NCBI GenBank assembly: GCA_021295915.1 | Contig: JAGWBK010000013.1 | Span: forward strand, 940-64,939 | DNA length: 64,000 nucleotides | Source: Dehalococcoidia bacterium | GTDB lineage: Bacteria > Chloroflexota > Dehalococcoidia > Lucifugimonadales > UBA1123 | Direction: 5' to 3' | The notes under the pieces: generated by a model | What the model was told of the DNA's origin: nothing | Databases searched by the model: none | What the model saw: the letters and a program-made list of their open reading frames with translations, nothing else | Program-made: the position numbers and the translations under genes | In this document: positions 9,043 to 18,173 of the stretch, one piece after another | Layout of the letters: each line of letters starts with the position of its first letter | How positions within the stretch are numbered: position 1 is the first letter of the stretch

Positions 9043-10328
9043 CCGAAGGGACCCGGGTTACTGTGCTCGATCACGAGGTCGGTGGCGTCATGGAAGCGCA
9101 TGAAGTCACGCATGGCGCGCGCAAACGACGACGCAAGCCGGTTGCTGGGTCTGACCCCGGGTTCCAGATGTAGCTTCTTCAGTCGCAGGACTCCTGTGCT
9201 GCGTTCTAGCTTTGGATCGAAGCGTCCCACCACCCTGTCACGGTCCAGAATCGGCAGGCAGAAGTATCCCCAGAGCCGGTCAGGCTCGCGCTTGTAGCAC
9301 TCAAGCACCTGCTCGAACTTCCAGAAACTCACGTCCCGTCCCTTCGCCCAGAAGAGACTGTCGAACGGGTTGAGGAACGTGGTGCGTCTCGGATTGAGTT
9401 CGTCGTCCGCAGCCTTTTCGAGCAGGTGCAGGTTGTCGCGGTGTACGAGCAGGTCATGCTCCTGCCTATCGGTAAGCGTTGCCCTGATCGGGACGAACAC
9501 GCCATCCGCGATGAGTGACTCGACGATCGGCTTCGACACTGTCCGCTTCATGTGGAAGTAGTCGCCGACCTGTACAGGGGCGCAGACGCCGAACGCCTTC
9601 ATCGAGATCTCAAGCAGGTGGGACAGCGCCTCGTGTTCGGTCGGCTCGGTACGATCAACCCACTCCGGCAGCACACGGTCTCGGACATCATAGTGTCTCT
9701 GGAAGTTGACCCGGTTTGAGATCGCAAGCTCGCCAATGTCATACAGGTATTCGAGCGCGATCTTGGAGTGGTCCCAGTTCCACCACGATCCGGGGGCCCT
9801 CTTCTCAGTACGGAAGTCGGCCGGACGGGACGCGCCTTCGGTTCGGACCCGCTCCAGGACAGACTTCACGAATTTCTGATTCCCAGGCTCTGCCGCCCAC
9901 TTCCGGTGCCAACCGCCTCGTCCCACCGAACGTTGCCGCATCGTCGGCAGCATGTAGCGGTACTGTGTCAGCGGGATGATACACGCGGCGTGAGTCCAGT
10001 ACTCGAAGAGGCGGCGGCTATTGTCGGGTGACGTGTTGCCGTCGTCGAACAACAAGCTGTCCAGATGGTCAGGGTCGTAAGTACCGAGTCTGCTCCACAA
10101 AGTCAGGTACTGTGCGCGCCTGACCACCTGGAGCGTGTCGATCTGCACCCAGCCAACGCGCTCAACAGTCGAGTACACATCATCGATACCGGGCCGACTA
10201 CCGCGGCGCATAGGTTCCGAGAGCCCCTGAGTATGCAGAGCAAGGGCCCGAACGGCAGCAAGTGAATAAGCTTGAGTCAAGGAGTTCCGCTCCCCTAAGA
10301 ATTGGCTGAGAGTCAGCACCTGTGCCAA
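9018..10328 (-). CDS. YcaQ/AlkZ-family winged-helix DNA glycosylase (interstrand-crosslink repair)
   Basis: FEYWTHAACIIP and WGYFCLPILDRDRVVGRFDPKLERSTGVLRL motifs are typical of the YcaQ (DUF1006) family. Confidence 0.75.
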   Translation of the reverse strand: MAQVLTLSQFLGERNSLTQAYSLAAVRALALHTQGLSEPMRRGSRPGIDDVYSTVERVGWVQIDTLQVVRRAQYLTLWSRLGTYDPDHLDSLLFDDGNTSPDNSRRLFEYWTHAACIIPLTQYRYMLPTMRQRSVGRGGWHRKWAAEPGNQKFVKSVLERVRTEGASRPADFRTEKRAPGSWWNWDHSKIALEYLYDIGELAISNRVNFQRHYDVRDRVLPEWVDRTEPTEHEALSHLLEISMKAFGVCAPVQVGDYFHMKRTVSKPIVESLIADGVFVPIRATLTDRQEHDLLVHRDNLHLLEKAADDELNPRRTTFLNPFDSLFWAKGRDVSFWKFEQVLECYKREPDRLWGYFCLPILDRDRVVGRFDPKLERSTGVLRLKKLHLEPGVRPSNRLASSFARAMRDFMRFHDATDLVIEHSNPGPFGEMVNREL

Positions 10329-10383
10329 GTATTTCTAACACAGCCTCGGAGATCTGCTCTAGCCTTACTCTTACGGCCCTGAA

Positions 10384-10411
10384 TTCGCATGTATCCCGTT
10401 CGTGATACAAT
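10384..10411 (+). promoter_or_regulatory. putative sigma70-type promoter of the dinJ-yafQ-like pair
   Basis: TTCGCA (10384-10389), a 16-nt spacer, then TACAAT (10406-10411). RBS GGTGGAGG lies upstream of the ATG at 10438. Confidence 0.3.
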
Positions 10412-10437
10412 TACTGTACATATGGTGGAGGTATCAA

Positions 10438-10695
10438 ATGGCTAAGACCGAAATGATACGCGCCCGCGTCGAGCCAGAGTTGAAACGAGAAGCCGAGGAC
10501 CTCTTCTCGACTCTCGGGTTATCAACGACAGAGGCCATAACACTCTTTTACAAACAGGTGACACTGCACCAGGGTCTGCCCTTTGCAGTCAGGATACCCA
10601 ACGAGGAAACCGTAGAGGCGCTGGAGCAGGCTAGAAACAGGGATGGTCTGACCGAGTACGGCAGTCTGGATGAGCTCAAGGCCAGTATCGACTAA
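10438..10695 (+). CDS. RelB/DinJ-family antitoxin
   Basis: MAKTEMIRARVEPELKREAEDLFSTLGLSTTEAITLFYKQV is a DinJ-type RHH. ATG 10438 has a good RBS; the ORF-track start at 10402 is probably too early. Confidence 0.85.
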   Translation: MAKTEMIRARVEPELKREAEDLFSTLGLSTTEAITLFYKQVTLHQGLPFAVRIPNEETVEALEQARNRDGLTEYGSLDELKASID

Positions 10696-10698
10696 CCC

Positions 10699-10968
10699 AT
10701 GAGGCTATCCACAACTTCACGGTTCGAGAGGGATCTTCGCCGCGCCAGAAGACGCGGCAAAGACCTCGACAAACTTTGGTCCATCGTCGAGCAACTCTTA
10801 GAAGGACGTTCTCTCAGTAGCCGGAACAGGCCGCACCGCCTGTCGGGAGCCTGGTCTCATTGCTGGGAGTGCCACATAGAGCCTGACTGGCTGCTTATCT
10901 GGGACTCAACCGATGACGATGTTCTGATCCTGGTGCGGACTGGAAGCCACTCCGATCTGTTTGGCTGA
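10699..10968 (+). CDS. YafQ/RelE-family mRNA interferase toxin
   Basis: HRLSGAWSHCWECHIEPDWLLIW...ILVRTGSHSDLF matches the YafQ family; the gene starts 3 nt after the antitoxin. Confidence 0.85.
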   Translation: MRLSTTSRFERDLRRARRRGKDLDKLWSIVEQLLEGRSLSSRNRPHRLSGAWSHCWECHIEPDWLLIWDSTDDDVLILVRTGSHSDLFG

Positions 10969-11012
10969 TGCGGTCTTCGGGCTCGTCACAAGTGTCTTAT
11001 TCGGCTGTGAAT

Positions 11013-14000
11013 TTACGTCTCAGAAGTCGGGGCGATTAGCGGCACCTCCAGCTCGGCGAGGAGGTTCTGGAACTCGTCCAGGTCCTCGTCGAGGACTTGT
11101 TGGAGCGATGCACCGTAGCCGTCGAGTACCTCTGAGAACTCGGCGAAGACATCGTATGCCTGCTTAGGAGGCCGGTAGTCCCCCGAGGTGACGACTGGCA
11201 TCAGTCCGGCGAGCTTGGCGTTCCAGCGAACCGGCATGTGGAGCCTGTCTCGCGCCCCCTTGTATCCGGTCTGGATCAGCGCAGTCTCTATCTCGTTCAA
11301 CTTGGAGGTCACCGACTCTGCACCGTCAGAGACTGCATGCTCTGCGGCGGTGCCCCTGGCGCGCTTGGCCCACTCCTCGACCTGGGAGCGCGCGCTGCGC
11401 AGCCTGTTGATGTTGTCGTGCGTCTCGGAGATCTTGTCGCGCAGATTGATCGCAAGCTCGAACTGGGCGTCAAAGTCCTCCTGCGTGGCATCCACGCGAG
11501 GGTCCTTCACCAGATTGAAGCTCACGTTCTGCGACTGCTCGCCGACGGTGAGACGTACCTGGTACGAACCGGGAGGAGCCATAGGCCCACGGCCCACACC
11601 CTCGGTGGTCTTGTCGCCCGGCACGGTGCTTGCGCCGGGGTAGCGCATACCCCAGTCGAATCGGTTCATGCCAGCCTCAGCAGGCACGCGAGGCATGTCC
11701 GGGCCATCGTCGTCATCGTCGGACTTCTTCTCTGCACTCGTGTAGCTCCTGATCTCCTCGCCGTCGGCGTCGAGGAAAGTCAGCGTGACCTCGTCTTCAG
11801 GAGCCTCGTTAAGCCAGTACCAGACACGTACACCCGCGGGCGGGTTGTTGCCGGCGTCGAGGAATTGGCGGTCGATCCTACCCAGTTCGTCCTTGTTATC
11901 GATGAAGGCGACCGCCGCGCCGAGCGCTAGCTGATAGTTCTTGGCACGACTTCCGCCGCGGCCCCTGAACGGAGCAGCCATGCGAATCTTGGTCGGAGGC
12001 GTGAGCAGGTGGGCGTCCTCGTCTGCGAACTCGCCGGATACCTGTCTGAGATGTTCAAGGTCGTCCAGGATCCAGAAGCTACGACCGTGCGTGGCGGCCA
12101 CGAGGTCGCCGTTCCTGGCGTTTAGGTCATACACGGGCACCACGGGCAGGTTGCCGCGCATCGAGTGCCATGTGCCGCCGTCGTCGTAGGAGATGTACGC
12201 GTTGGTCTCAGTGCCGGCGTAGAGCATCCCCTGGCGCTCGGTGTCCTCGCGGATGCAGCGGGTGAAGTCGTCATCTGGCAGGTTGCTCGTGATGGACGAC
12301 CACGTCTGTCCGTAGTCGGAAGTCTTGAACAGGAATGGCCGGTTGTCGTCGAACTTGTAACGCGTGCCGGACATGTACGCCATCGCTGGATCGTGAGGCG
12401 ATACCTCGATCATGTCGATGCGCGTCCACTCTACGAGTTCGGGAGGTGTGACGTTGTCCCACGTCTGTCCGCTGTCCCTGGATATATGGACGAGTCCATC
12501 GTCCGAGCCAGCCCAGAAGACGCCCTTCTCGTGGGGCGACTCGACGAACGAGAACACGGTGCAGTAGGTCTCTGCGCCAGAGGCATCGCCGGTTATGTCG
12601 CCGCCCGAGGGCTGGAGCTTGTCCGGGTCGTTACGCGTGAGGTCAGGGCTGATCGGCTCCCAGCTGCTTCCCTGATCGGTGGACCTGAACACCACGTTGC
12701 CCGCTGCGTACAGCACACCAGGGTCGTGAGGAGAGAACTGGATCGGGTACGTCCACTGGAATCGATACTTAGCGTCGATGGGACCGTAGCCCGTGTTCAT
12801 TTCAGGCCAGACAGTGATGATGCGCACCTGTCCAGTCGAGTGGTCGTAGCGCAGCATGTTGCCGCCGCCGCCGGGAGATGAACCAATCGCGCCGGAGATG
12901 ACGATATTCGGATCATTGGGATCGACCACGATGTAGCCGCTCTCGGAGCTGCCGACCGTGTAGCAGTCTCCCCACGGGATGCCGCCCTTGTGAGTGCGGG
13001 AGGGCACGCTTATCGCGCTGTTGTCCTGCTGGGTGCCATACACCCGATAAGGGAACTGCGTATCGGTCGTGACGTGGTAGAACTGCGCGGTGAGCTGGTT
13101 GTAGATGGTCGAGAACGTCTCGCCGCCGTTGTAGCTGACGCACGCTCCGCCGTCGTTGCCCTCGATCATGCGCTGTGGATTGCGGGGGTCTATCCAGAGG
13201 TCATGGTTGTCGCCGTGGGGAGTGTTGACCTCCTCCCACGTCTTGCCGGCGTCTATCGACTTGTACGCCGAGTAGTTGAGCACCCAGGCAGTGTCAGCGT
13301 CCTGCGGGTCGGCGAAGATGTGCTGATAGTACCAGGGCCTGCCCTGGAGATCGCGGTTGTCGGATACGAGCTCCCAGGTGTCGCCGTAGTCGTCGGACCT
13401 GAACACACCGGGTTCGCCGGCCTCGACTGTCGCGTAGACGCGACCTGGCTTCGACGGGCTGATCGAGACGCCGATGCGTCCATAAGGCCCCTCGGGAAGT
13501 CCCTTGTTGCTCGACACGTCCTCCCACGTCTCGCCGCCATCCATCGAGCGCCACAGCCCGCTGTCCGGGCCGCCGCTGGTGAGGTTCCAGAAGTTTCGAC
13601 GGACCTGCCAGATGGAGGCGAACAGCACTCGTGGGTTGTTCGGGTCTATCGTGAGGTCAGCCGCGCCCGCGTTCTCGCTCTTGAACAGCACGTGCTTCCA
13701 GTTCTTGCCGCCGTCTGTTGACTTGAATACGCCGCGTTGCAGGTTCGGCCCGAAGGCGTGGCCGAGCGCGCCGACGTATACGATGTCGGGGTTGGTCGGA
13801 TGAATCCTGACCCGCGCGATGTGGCGGGTGTCCTCGAGTCCGAGATGCTCCCATGAGCGTCCGCCGTCGTTAGACCTGTACACGCCGTCGCCGTGGCAGA
13901 CGTCGAGTCGTATGCACGCCTCGCCCATGCCTGCGTACACGACCGAAGGGTCGGAGTCCGAAACAGCGATCGCGCCAACCGACGCCGTGTTGAAGAAGCC

Positions 14001-14204
14001 GTCGGAGACGTTCTCCCAATAGGTGCCGCCATCGTAGGTCTTCCATACCCCACCCGCACATGCGCCGAAGTAGAACGTTCCCTGGTCAACGGGATCGCCT
14101 GCAACGGCAACGACACGTCCGCCGCGCGGCGGGCCGATGCATCGCCACTCCAGGGCGTTCAGCATCTTGGGATCAATGGCGTTGCCGGCAGGTTGAGTGG
14201 TCAT
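11013..14204 (-). CDS. BNR/Asp-box repeat (sortilin/VPS10-type) double beta-propeller protein
   Basis: Many S-x-D-x-G-x-T-W Asp-boxes: SNDGGRSWE, STDGGKNWK, SMDGGETWE, SDDYGDTWE, SIDAGKTWE, STDQGSSWE, SRDSGQTWD, TSDYGQTWS, YDDGGTWH. Confidence 0.85.
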   Translation of the reverse strand: MTTQPAGNAIDPKMLNALEWRCIGPPRGGRVVAVAGDPVDQGTFYFGACAGGVWKTYDGGTYWENVSDGFFNTASVGAIAVSDSDPSVVYAGMGEACIRLDVCHGDGVYRSNDGGRSWEHLGLEDTRHIARVRIHPTNPDIVYVGALGHAFGPNLQRGVFKSTDGGKNWKHVLFKSENAGAADLTIDPNNPRVLFASIWQVRRNFWNLTSGGPDSGLWRSMDGGETWEDVSSNKGLPEGPYGRIGVSISPSKPGRVYATVEAGEPGVFRSDDYGDTWELVSDNRDLQGRPWYYQHIFADPQDADTAWVLNYSAYKSIDAGKTWEEVNTPHGDNHDLWIDPRNPQRMIEGNDGGACVSYNGGETFSTIYNQLTAQFYHVTTDTQFPYRVYGTQQDNSAISVPSRTHKGGIPWGDCYTVGSSESGYIVVDPNDPNIVISGAIGSSPGGGGNMLRYDHSTGQVRIITVWPEMNTGYGPIDAKYRFQWTYPIQFSPHDPGVLYAAGNVVFRSTDQGSSWEPISPDLTRNDPDKLQPSGGDITGDASGAETYCTVFSFVESPHEKGVFWAGSDDGLVHISRDSGQTWDNVTPPELVEWTRIDMIEVSPHDPAMAYMSGTRYKFDDNRPFLFKTSDYGQTWSSITSNLPDDDFTRCIREDTERQGMLYAGTETNAYISYDDGGTWHSMRGNLPVVPVYDLNARNGDLVAATHGRSFWILDDLEHLRQVSGEFADEDAHLLTPPTKIRMAAPFRGRGGSRAKNYQLALGAAVAFIDNKDELGRIDRQFLDAGNNPPAGVRVWYWLNEAPEDEVTLTFLDADGEEIRSYTSAEKKSDDDDDGPDMPRVPAEAGMNRFDWGMRYPGASTVPGDKTTEGVGRGPMAPPGSYQVRLTVGEQSQNVSFNLVKDPRVDATQEDFDAQFELAINLRDKISETHDNINRLRSARSQVEEWAKRARGTAAEHAVSDGAESVTSKLNEIETALIQTGYKGARDRLHMPVRWNAKLAGLMPVVTSGDYRPPKQAYDVFAEFSEVLDGYGASLQQVLDEDLDEFQNLLAELEVPLIAPTSET

Positions 14205-14334
14205 GGTGGTACCTCTACGTGAGCGATGAGTTGGGGCGCATTATATCTGGACGGTGCTATATCGTCATGGGGCGTCGTCACGACAAGACTGCTTCATCAG
14301 CAGCGGACGAGGAATTGCGGAGATCTCTCAAGAC

Positions 14335-14363
14335 TTGACAGCATATTAATAACATGAATAAAT
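14335..14363 (+). promoter_or_regulatory. sigma70-type promoter of the DUF3883-PIN module
   Basis: TTGACA (14335-14340), a 17-nt AT-rich spacer, then ATAAAT (14358-14363). GGGAG RBS lies 7 nt before GTG 14392. Confidence 0.5.
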
Positions 14364-14391
14364 AACAGTAATAAGAAACGGGAGTGCCAAA

Positions 14392-15330
14392 GTGAACGAA
14401 GACCGGACTTTCTGGGAGTGCATCCATGATGCACGATCAGGGGGGCAGATACCCCGCGTCTGGAGGACAAGAGAACTCATTGATGTGCTCACCCCACCAG
14501 CCGGGCGATTCTCCCCCAATACCGTTAGCGTCCTTCCATACAATGGCAGCATTTCACGTGAAGGCAATGGGATAGGGGACTTTATCAAGCGTGGTATAGA
14601 ACCCAAGGCGTGGCGCGTGGGACGTGGCAAGTTCGAGTTGATCGTTGACCCTGACGATGACGCCGAGCAGCAGAACGCGCAGAGAGAGATGGCAAAGATG
14701 CGCGCTGCGGAACTCAGGGCGCAAGTTCGTCGCACCGCTGGGCAAATTAATCCAGCAAGGCCAACCCGACCTCGGATTCTCACGCGGTCAGAAACACCCG
14801 GACGGAGTGAAAAGCAAGCATCAACAAATGGGCGGGATGTCGCAGAAACCATTACGCTCGACGATCTAGAACTTCAGGAGATAGCGGAGCTGAGTACGGA
14901 GCATAAGGCGCTGTACATCGTCGAGAAGTACATCAGAGACAAGTACGGCAATGACGTAGAGATCGAAGAGGACCATGATGGCGCTGACCTGCGGCTCTCG
15001 GTACATGGACAGGATGAGCAGCGAATCGAGGTGAAAGGCACCGCATCAAGGGACCTTGCGTGGTCTCAACTGAAAGTGTCCAGCCAGAATTCACACGACG
15101 CCTTGGAGAGCGGCGAAGCGACGATGTACCGGGTGGTGAATGTCGACGGTCCGCAACCGAGTATCTACATACTGAAGTACGATCAGGACTTTACCCTGGA
15201 ACCTGAACCGAGGTGGGCCGTCAGACAGATCAGGCGTGAAGACGATCGCTACCCCCTGAGAGGAAGGCCCTACCGCTACAACCTGCCACTTGAGCCGGTG
15301 GCCCAGGACGACTGGGAGACCCCGGAATGA
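14392..15330 (+). CDS. DUF3883 (PD-(D/E)xK nuclease-like) protein with a Phd-like C-terminal tail; sits in the antitoxin position
   Basis: GADLRLSVHGQDEQRIEVKGTASRDLAWSQLKVSSQNSHDALESGEATMYRVVNV matches the DUF3883 core (D...IEVK...YRV). The tail reads LRGRPYRYNLPLEPVAQDDWE. There is a 4-nt ATGA overlap with the PIN gene. Confidence 0.6.
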   Translation: MNEDRTFWECIHDARSGGQIPRVWRTRELIDVLTPPAGRFSPNTVSVLPYNGSISREGNGIGDFIKRGIEPKAWRVGRGKFELIVDPDDDAEQQNAQREMAKMRAAELRAQVRRTAGQINPARPTRPRILTRSETPGRSEKQASTNGRDVAETITLDDLELQEIAELSTEHKALYIVEKYIRDKYGNDVEIEEDHDGADLRLSVHGQDEQRIEVKGTASRDLAWSQLKVSSQNSHDALESGEATMYRVVNVDGPQPSIYILKYDQDFTLEPEPRWAVRQIRREDDRYPLRGRPYRYNLPLEPVAQDDWETPE

Positions 15331-15716
15331 TCCTTCTCGACACTCATGCATGGGTGTGGTGGACAGTCGACCCCGATCGGTTGAGCGAGACCCAGCGCCA
15401 GGGGATCACGGAGAGCGAGGACGACCTAATAGGCGTCAGCGCCATATCCTGTTGGGAGGTCGCCAAGCTCTGCGAATACGGACGCCTGGACCTGCCTGTC
15501 GGACTGTCCGAGTGGTTCCGGTTGGCACTGGGATATCCTGGTGTGTCGTTACTGCCACTAACTCCTGAAGTCGCGATCGAGTCAACCAACTTGCCCGGCC
15601 GGTTTCACCGTGACCCCTCAGATCAGATCATCGTCGCCACAGCAAGAATACATGAGTGTCCACTGGTGACTTCCGACGACAAGATTGCCGGTTACGCTCA
15701 CGTTCAGACGATTTAG
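15327..15716 (+). CDS. PIN-domain ribonuclease toxin (VapC family)
   Basis: MILLDTHAWVWW...SCWEVAKL...DPSDQIIVATA...LVTSDDKI carries the PIN acidic residues. Confidence 0.9.
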   Translation: MILLDTHAWVWWTVDPDRLSETQRQGITESEDDLIGVSAISCWEVAKLCEYGRLDLPVGLSEWFRLALGYPGVSLLPLTPEVAIESTNLPGRFHRDPSDQIIVATARIHECPLVTSDDKIAGYAHVQTI

Positions 15717-15740
15717 CCACAAATTGGAGAACTTGCACCG

Positions 15741-16229
15741 ATGACACCACAGGAGCGCCTTCAGAGAATAGAGTCCTACGGCAGCGCGCACGACCTGCTC
15801 TTGGAGACGCTGAAGGAGTTTCCGAAGGAGATGAGGCAGCTCAGGGACGAGCACGGCTGCTGGAGCATCCACGAGCACGTCGTCCACATCACCGACTCCG
15901 AGGCCAACAGCTACATCCGCTGCCGCAGGCTCATCGCCGAGCAGGGCGAGTCGCTAATGGCCTACGACGAGAACGTGTGGGCATCAGAACTGGACTATCA
16001 TGAGCAGAGCGTCGAGGACTCACTCGCGCTGTTCAAGTGGCTGCGGCAGAAGAGCTACACGCTGATCAAGACGCTGCCCGAGTCCACCTGGGCGAACTCG
16101 TCGTTCCATCCCGAAAACGGCGAGACCACCCTCGACGACTGGCTCGACACCTACGAGAGACACGTCCCCGAGCACCTCGAGTTCATGAGGGACAACCTCA
16201 AGGCGTGGAAGGCCGACGCTCTCAGCTAG
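15741..16229 (+). CDS. DinB-family protein
   Basis: WSIHEHVVHITDSEANSYIR...YERHVPEHLEFM shows the DinB/DinB_2 His-triad pattern. Confidence 0.75.
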   Translation: MTPQERLQRIESYGSAHDLLLETLKEFPKEMRQLRDEHGCWSIHEHVVHITDSEANSYIRCRRLIAEQGESLMAYDENVWASELDYHEQSVEDSLALFKWLRQKSYTLIKTLPESTWANSSFHPENGETTLDDWLDTYERHVPEHLEFMRDNLKAWKADALS

Positions 16230-16578
16230 TCCCCTCTTTCCTTCCAAAAATCCATCAATTGCGTGCCATTTTGTCGCTATGACAGCGTCGCCTGCCATGC
16301 CGTAACCTTGCATGGCTTTAGTGGAGACCCCGACATTCCGGGAGAGGACTCGCGGCAGGAGAGACTGATCTGACCACAGCTTGTGTGTCCGGCACGGCCG
16401 GCGCTCACAGCTTGGAGTCTGCCAGGTCTCTGGACGAGTCTGATCAATCCTGGGACATCGGGATACGAGCGCTAACGTGCAGCGGAAAGGAATTGGGGCA
16501 AAGTGCTGCTGCTGGCGCCTCCGGCGGAGTCAGATAACTGACTACCGTTAGAAACAGGGAGCGTATCAGGAGTAGACA

Positions 16579-16776
16579 ATGAAAGTTTTGCAACTACGGA
16601 TGGACGAAGCCACCTACGATAAGGTAGAGCAGGAAGCCATCCATGAACGCAAGTCAATGACCGCCGTAGTTACAGAGGCGCTGTCCCAACATCTCGAGCC
16701 TCACGGCGATGTAGTCTTCCTCAACGGAAGCACCGAGACAACCACCGCAGCCCCGGCGAAGAGTGCGGCGATATAG
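16579..16776 (+). CDS. orphan ribbon-helix-helix (CopG-like) protein
   Basis: MKVLQLRMDEATYDKVEQEAIHERKSMTAVVTEALSQHL has an RHH fold pattern. Its 3-prime end overlaps the convergent MFS gene, and there is no downstream toxin. Confidence 0.5.
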   Translation: MKVLQLRMDEATYDKVEQEAIHERKSMTAVVTEALSQHLEPHGDVVFLNGSTETTTAAPAKSAAI

Positions 16777-17927
16777 TAGACGACCGCCTGAAAGCCGAAC
16801 GTCTCGTACAATCCCCCGGCAATTAGCGGAGAAAACATCGCCATCAGGAATGCGGCGAAGGTCACAATCCCCAGGCCGGTGGACGCCACTTCGTCACCGA
16901 GTTCGTCGAACACCGCTGCGGTCAGGATTGGCTGGTCCGGGTAGAGGAACAGCCCCAGCAGCCCTATCGTGACGGTGAGCATGACGCCGGTGTCGAATGC
17001 CAGGAGCGCGAGCGCGATAAGGCACGACCACGCGAGGCCCGGCGCGAGTACCTGCTTGCGGCCAAAGCGGTCTGAAAGCATGCCCGCGACCGGCTTGGCT
17101 ATCAGCCCGACGGCGATGAGCAGCCCTATGTGGAAGCCCCTGAACGTGGTGCTCATCTGGAGATCGTTGTCGAGGTACAGCGAGAGTATCGTCAGCAGTG
17201 CGACCAGCGCCATCCCTCTGAAGCCTCTCACCACGGTGAGCCCCCATAGGACAGGACTCCTCAGGAGGAGTCTTGTGGCCTCGATTCGCTGCGAGCCCGC
17301 AACGGCTTCGCCCTCCTCCATGTTGCCGATGTTTCGGAGCGCCCAGATGGCCATCGCGCCCATGAAGAGCGGCACCACCGCGTACACGCTGAGAATATCT
17401 CGCCACGTGAGGAACGCCAGCAGCGCTCCAGTGACCAGCGGGCCTGCAACGTCGCCCACGCTGCCACCAACTCCGTGGAAGGACAGCACCGTCCCGCGCC
17501 GCTGAGGAAAATGGTGCGACAGGGATGCCGCCGCGAGCAGGTGCCAGATCGAGTGCGAAATCGCGACGGTTGCCATTCCGATCAGCAGCAGCGGGTACAC
17601 AGGGGAAACGCCTATGATGAAGCACCCGACTGAGCAGGCGACAAGGCAGAGCGCCAGCAGTGGACCCCAGTACTTGCGAAAGATGTCGACCAGCACGCCG
17701 CCGGGAAGCGCGACCAGTCCTGAGGCGAACTCTCGGGCGGACAGGATTCCGCCCACGCCCACGCTGCTGAGACCAAACGCCTGCTGAATCTCCGGCAGGG
17801 CGACCACAAAGCTTTGCAGGATCCAGTGAAACATGGAGTGGCCCACAGCCACGCCCGGAACTATGATCCGCCTGCCAGACTCCGGGGCCTGGTCGTCGCG
17901 TGAACCTGTCATGTCATGGCCGTGCAT
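16701..17927 (-). CDS. MFS transporter
   Basis: 12-TM profile; LSDRFGRKQVL is an MFS loop motif. Confidence 0.85.
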   Translation of the reverse strand: MHGHDMTGSRDDQAPESGRRIIVPGVAVGHSMFHWILQSFVVALPEIQQAFGLSSVGVGGILSAREFASGLVALPGGVLVDIFRKYWGPLLALCLVACSVGCFIIGVSPVYPLLLIGMATVAISHSIWHLLAAASLSHHFPQRRGTVLSFHGVGGSVGDVAGPLVTGALLAFLTWRDILSVYAVVPLFMGAMAIWALRNIGNMEEGEAVAGSQRIEATRLLLRSPVLWGLTVVRGFRGMALVALLTILSLYLDNDLQMSTTFRGFHIGLLIAVGLIAKPVAGMLSDRFGRKQVLAPGLAWSCLIALALLAFDTGVMLTVTIGLLGLFLYPDQPILTAAVFDELGDEVASTGLGIVTFAAFLMAMFSPLIAGGLYETFGFQAVVYYIAALFAGAAVVVSVLPLRKTTSP

Positions 17928-18173
17928 GGTTCAGCCTGATGGCGATACAGCACCCAGCACGGTCTGGACTAGACCCCGATTCCCACCTGATCGCATGACG
18001 CGGCTCCCTGTAGTATGGTGGCGCGCAAGCGTAACACGGCCCATTCGGAGGCGCAAAGCGCTGCTACCCCTGAGACCTTTACCCCCTCTCCCTCGGGGTG
18101 AGGGTGAATGGTCTTGATTTCGACAACTCGACCTTTACCGGAGTTATGCTGAAGTCAGAGAAAGGGGCCAGGC

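Noticed and set aside
10402-10437. Longer start for the DinJ-like antitoxin (MIQLLYIWWRYQ...).
   Set aside because: ATG 10438 is preceded by GGTGGAGG at an ideal distance, and the family normally begins MA.../M..T. The 12 extra codons overlap the putative promoter.
16579-16776. A complete RHH toxin-antitoxin pair.
   Set aside because: No toxin ORF follows. The 3-prime end runs into the convergent MFS gene. It is kept only as an orphan RHH gene with moderate confidence.
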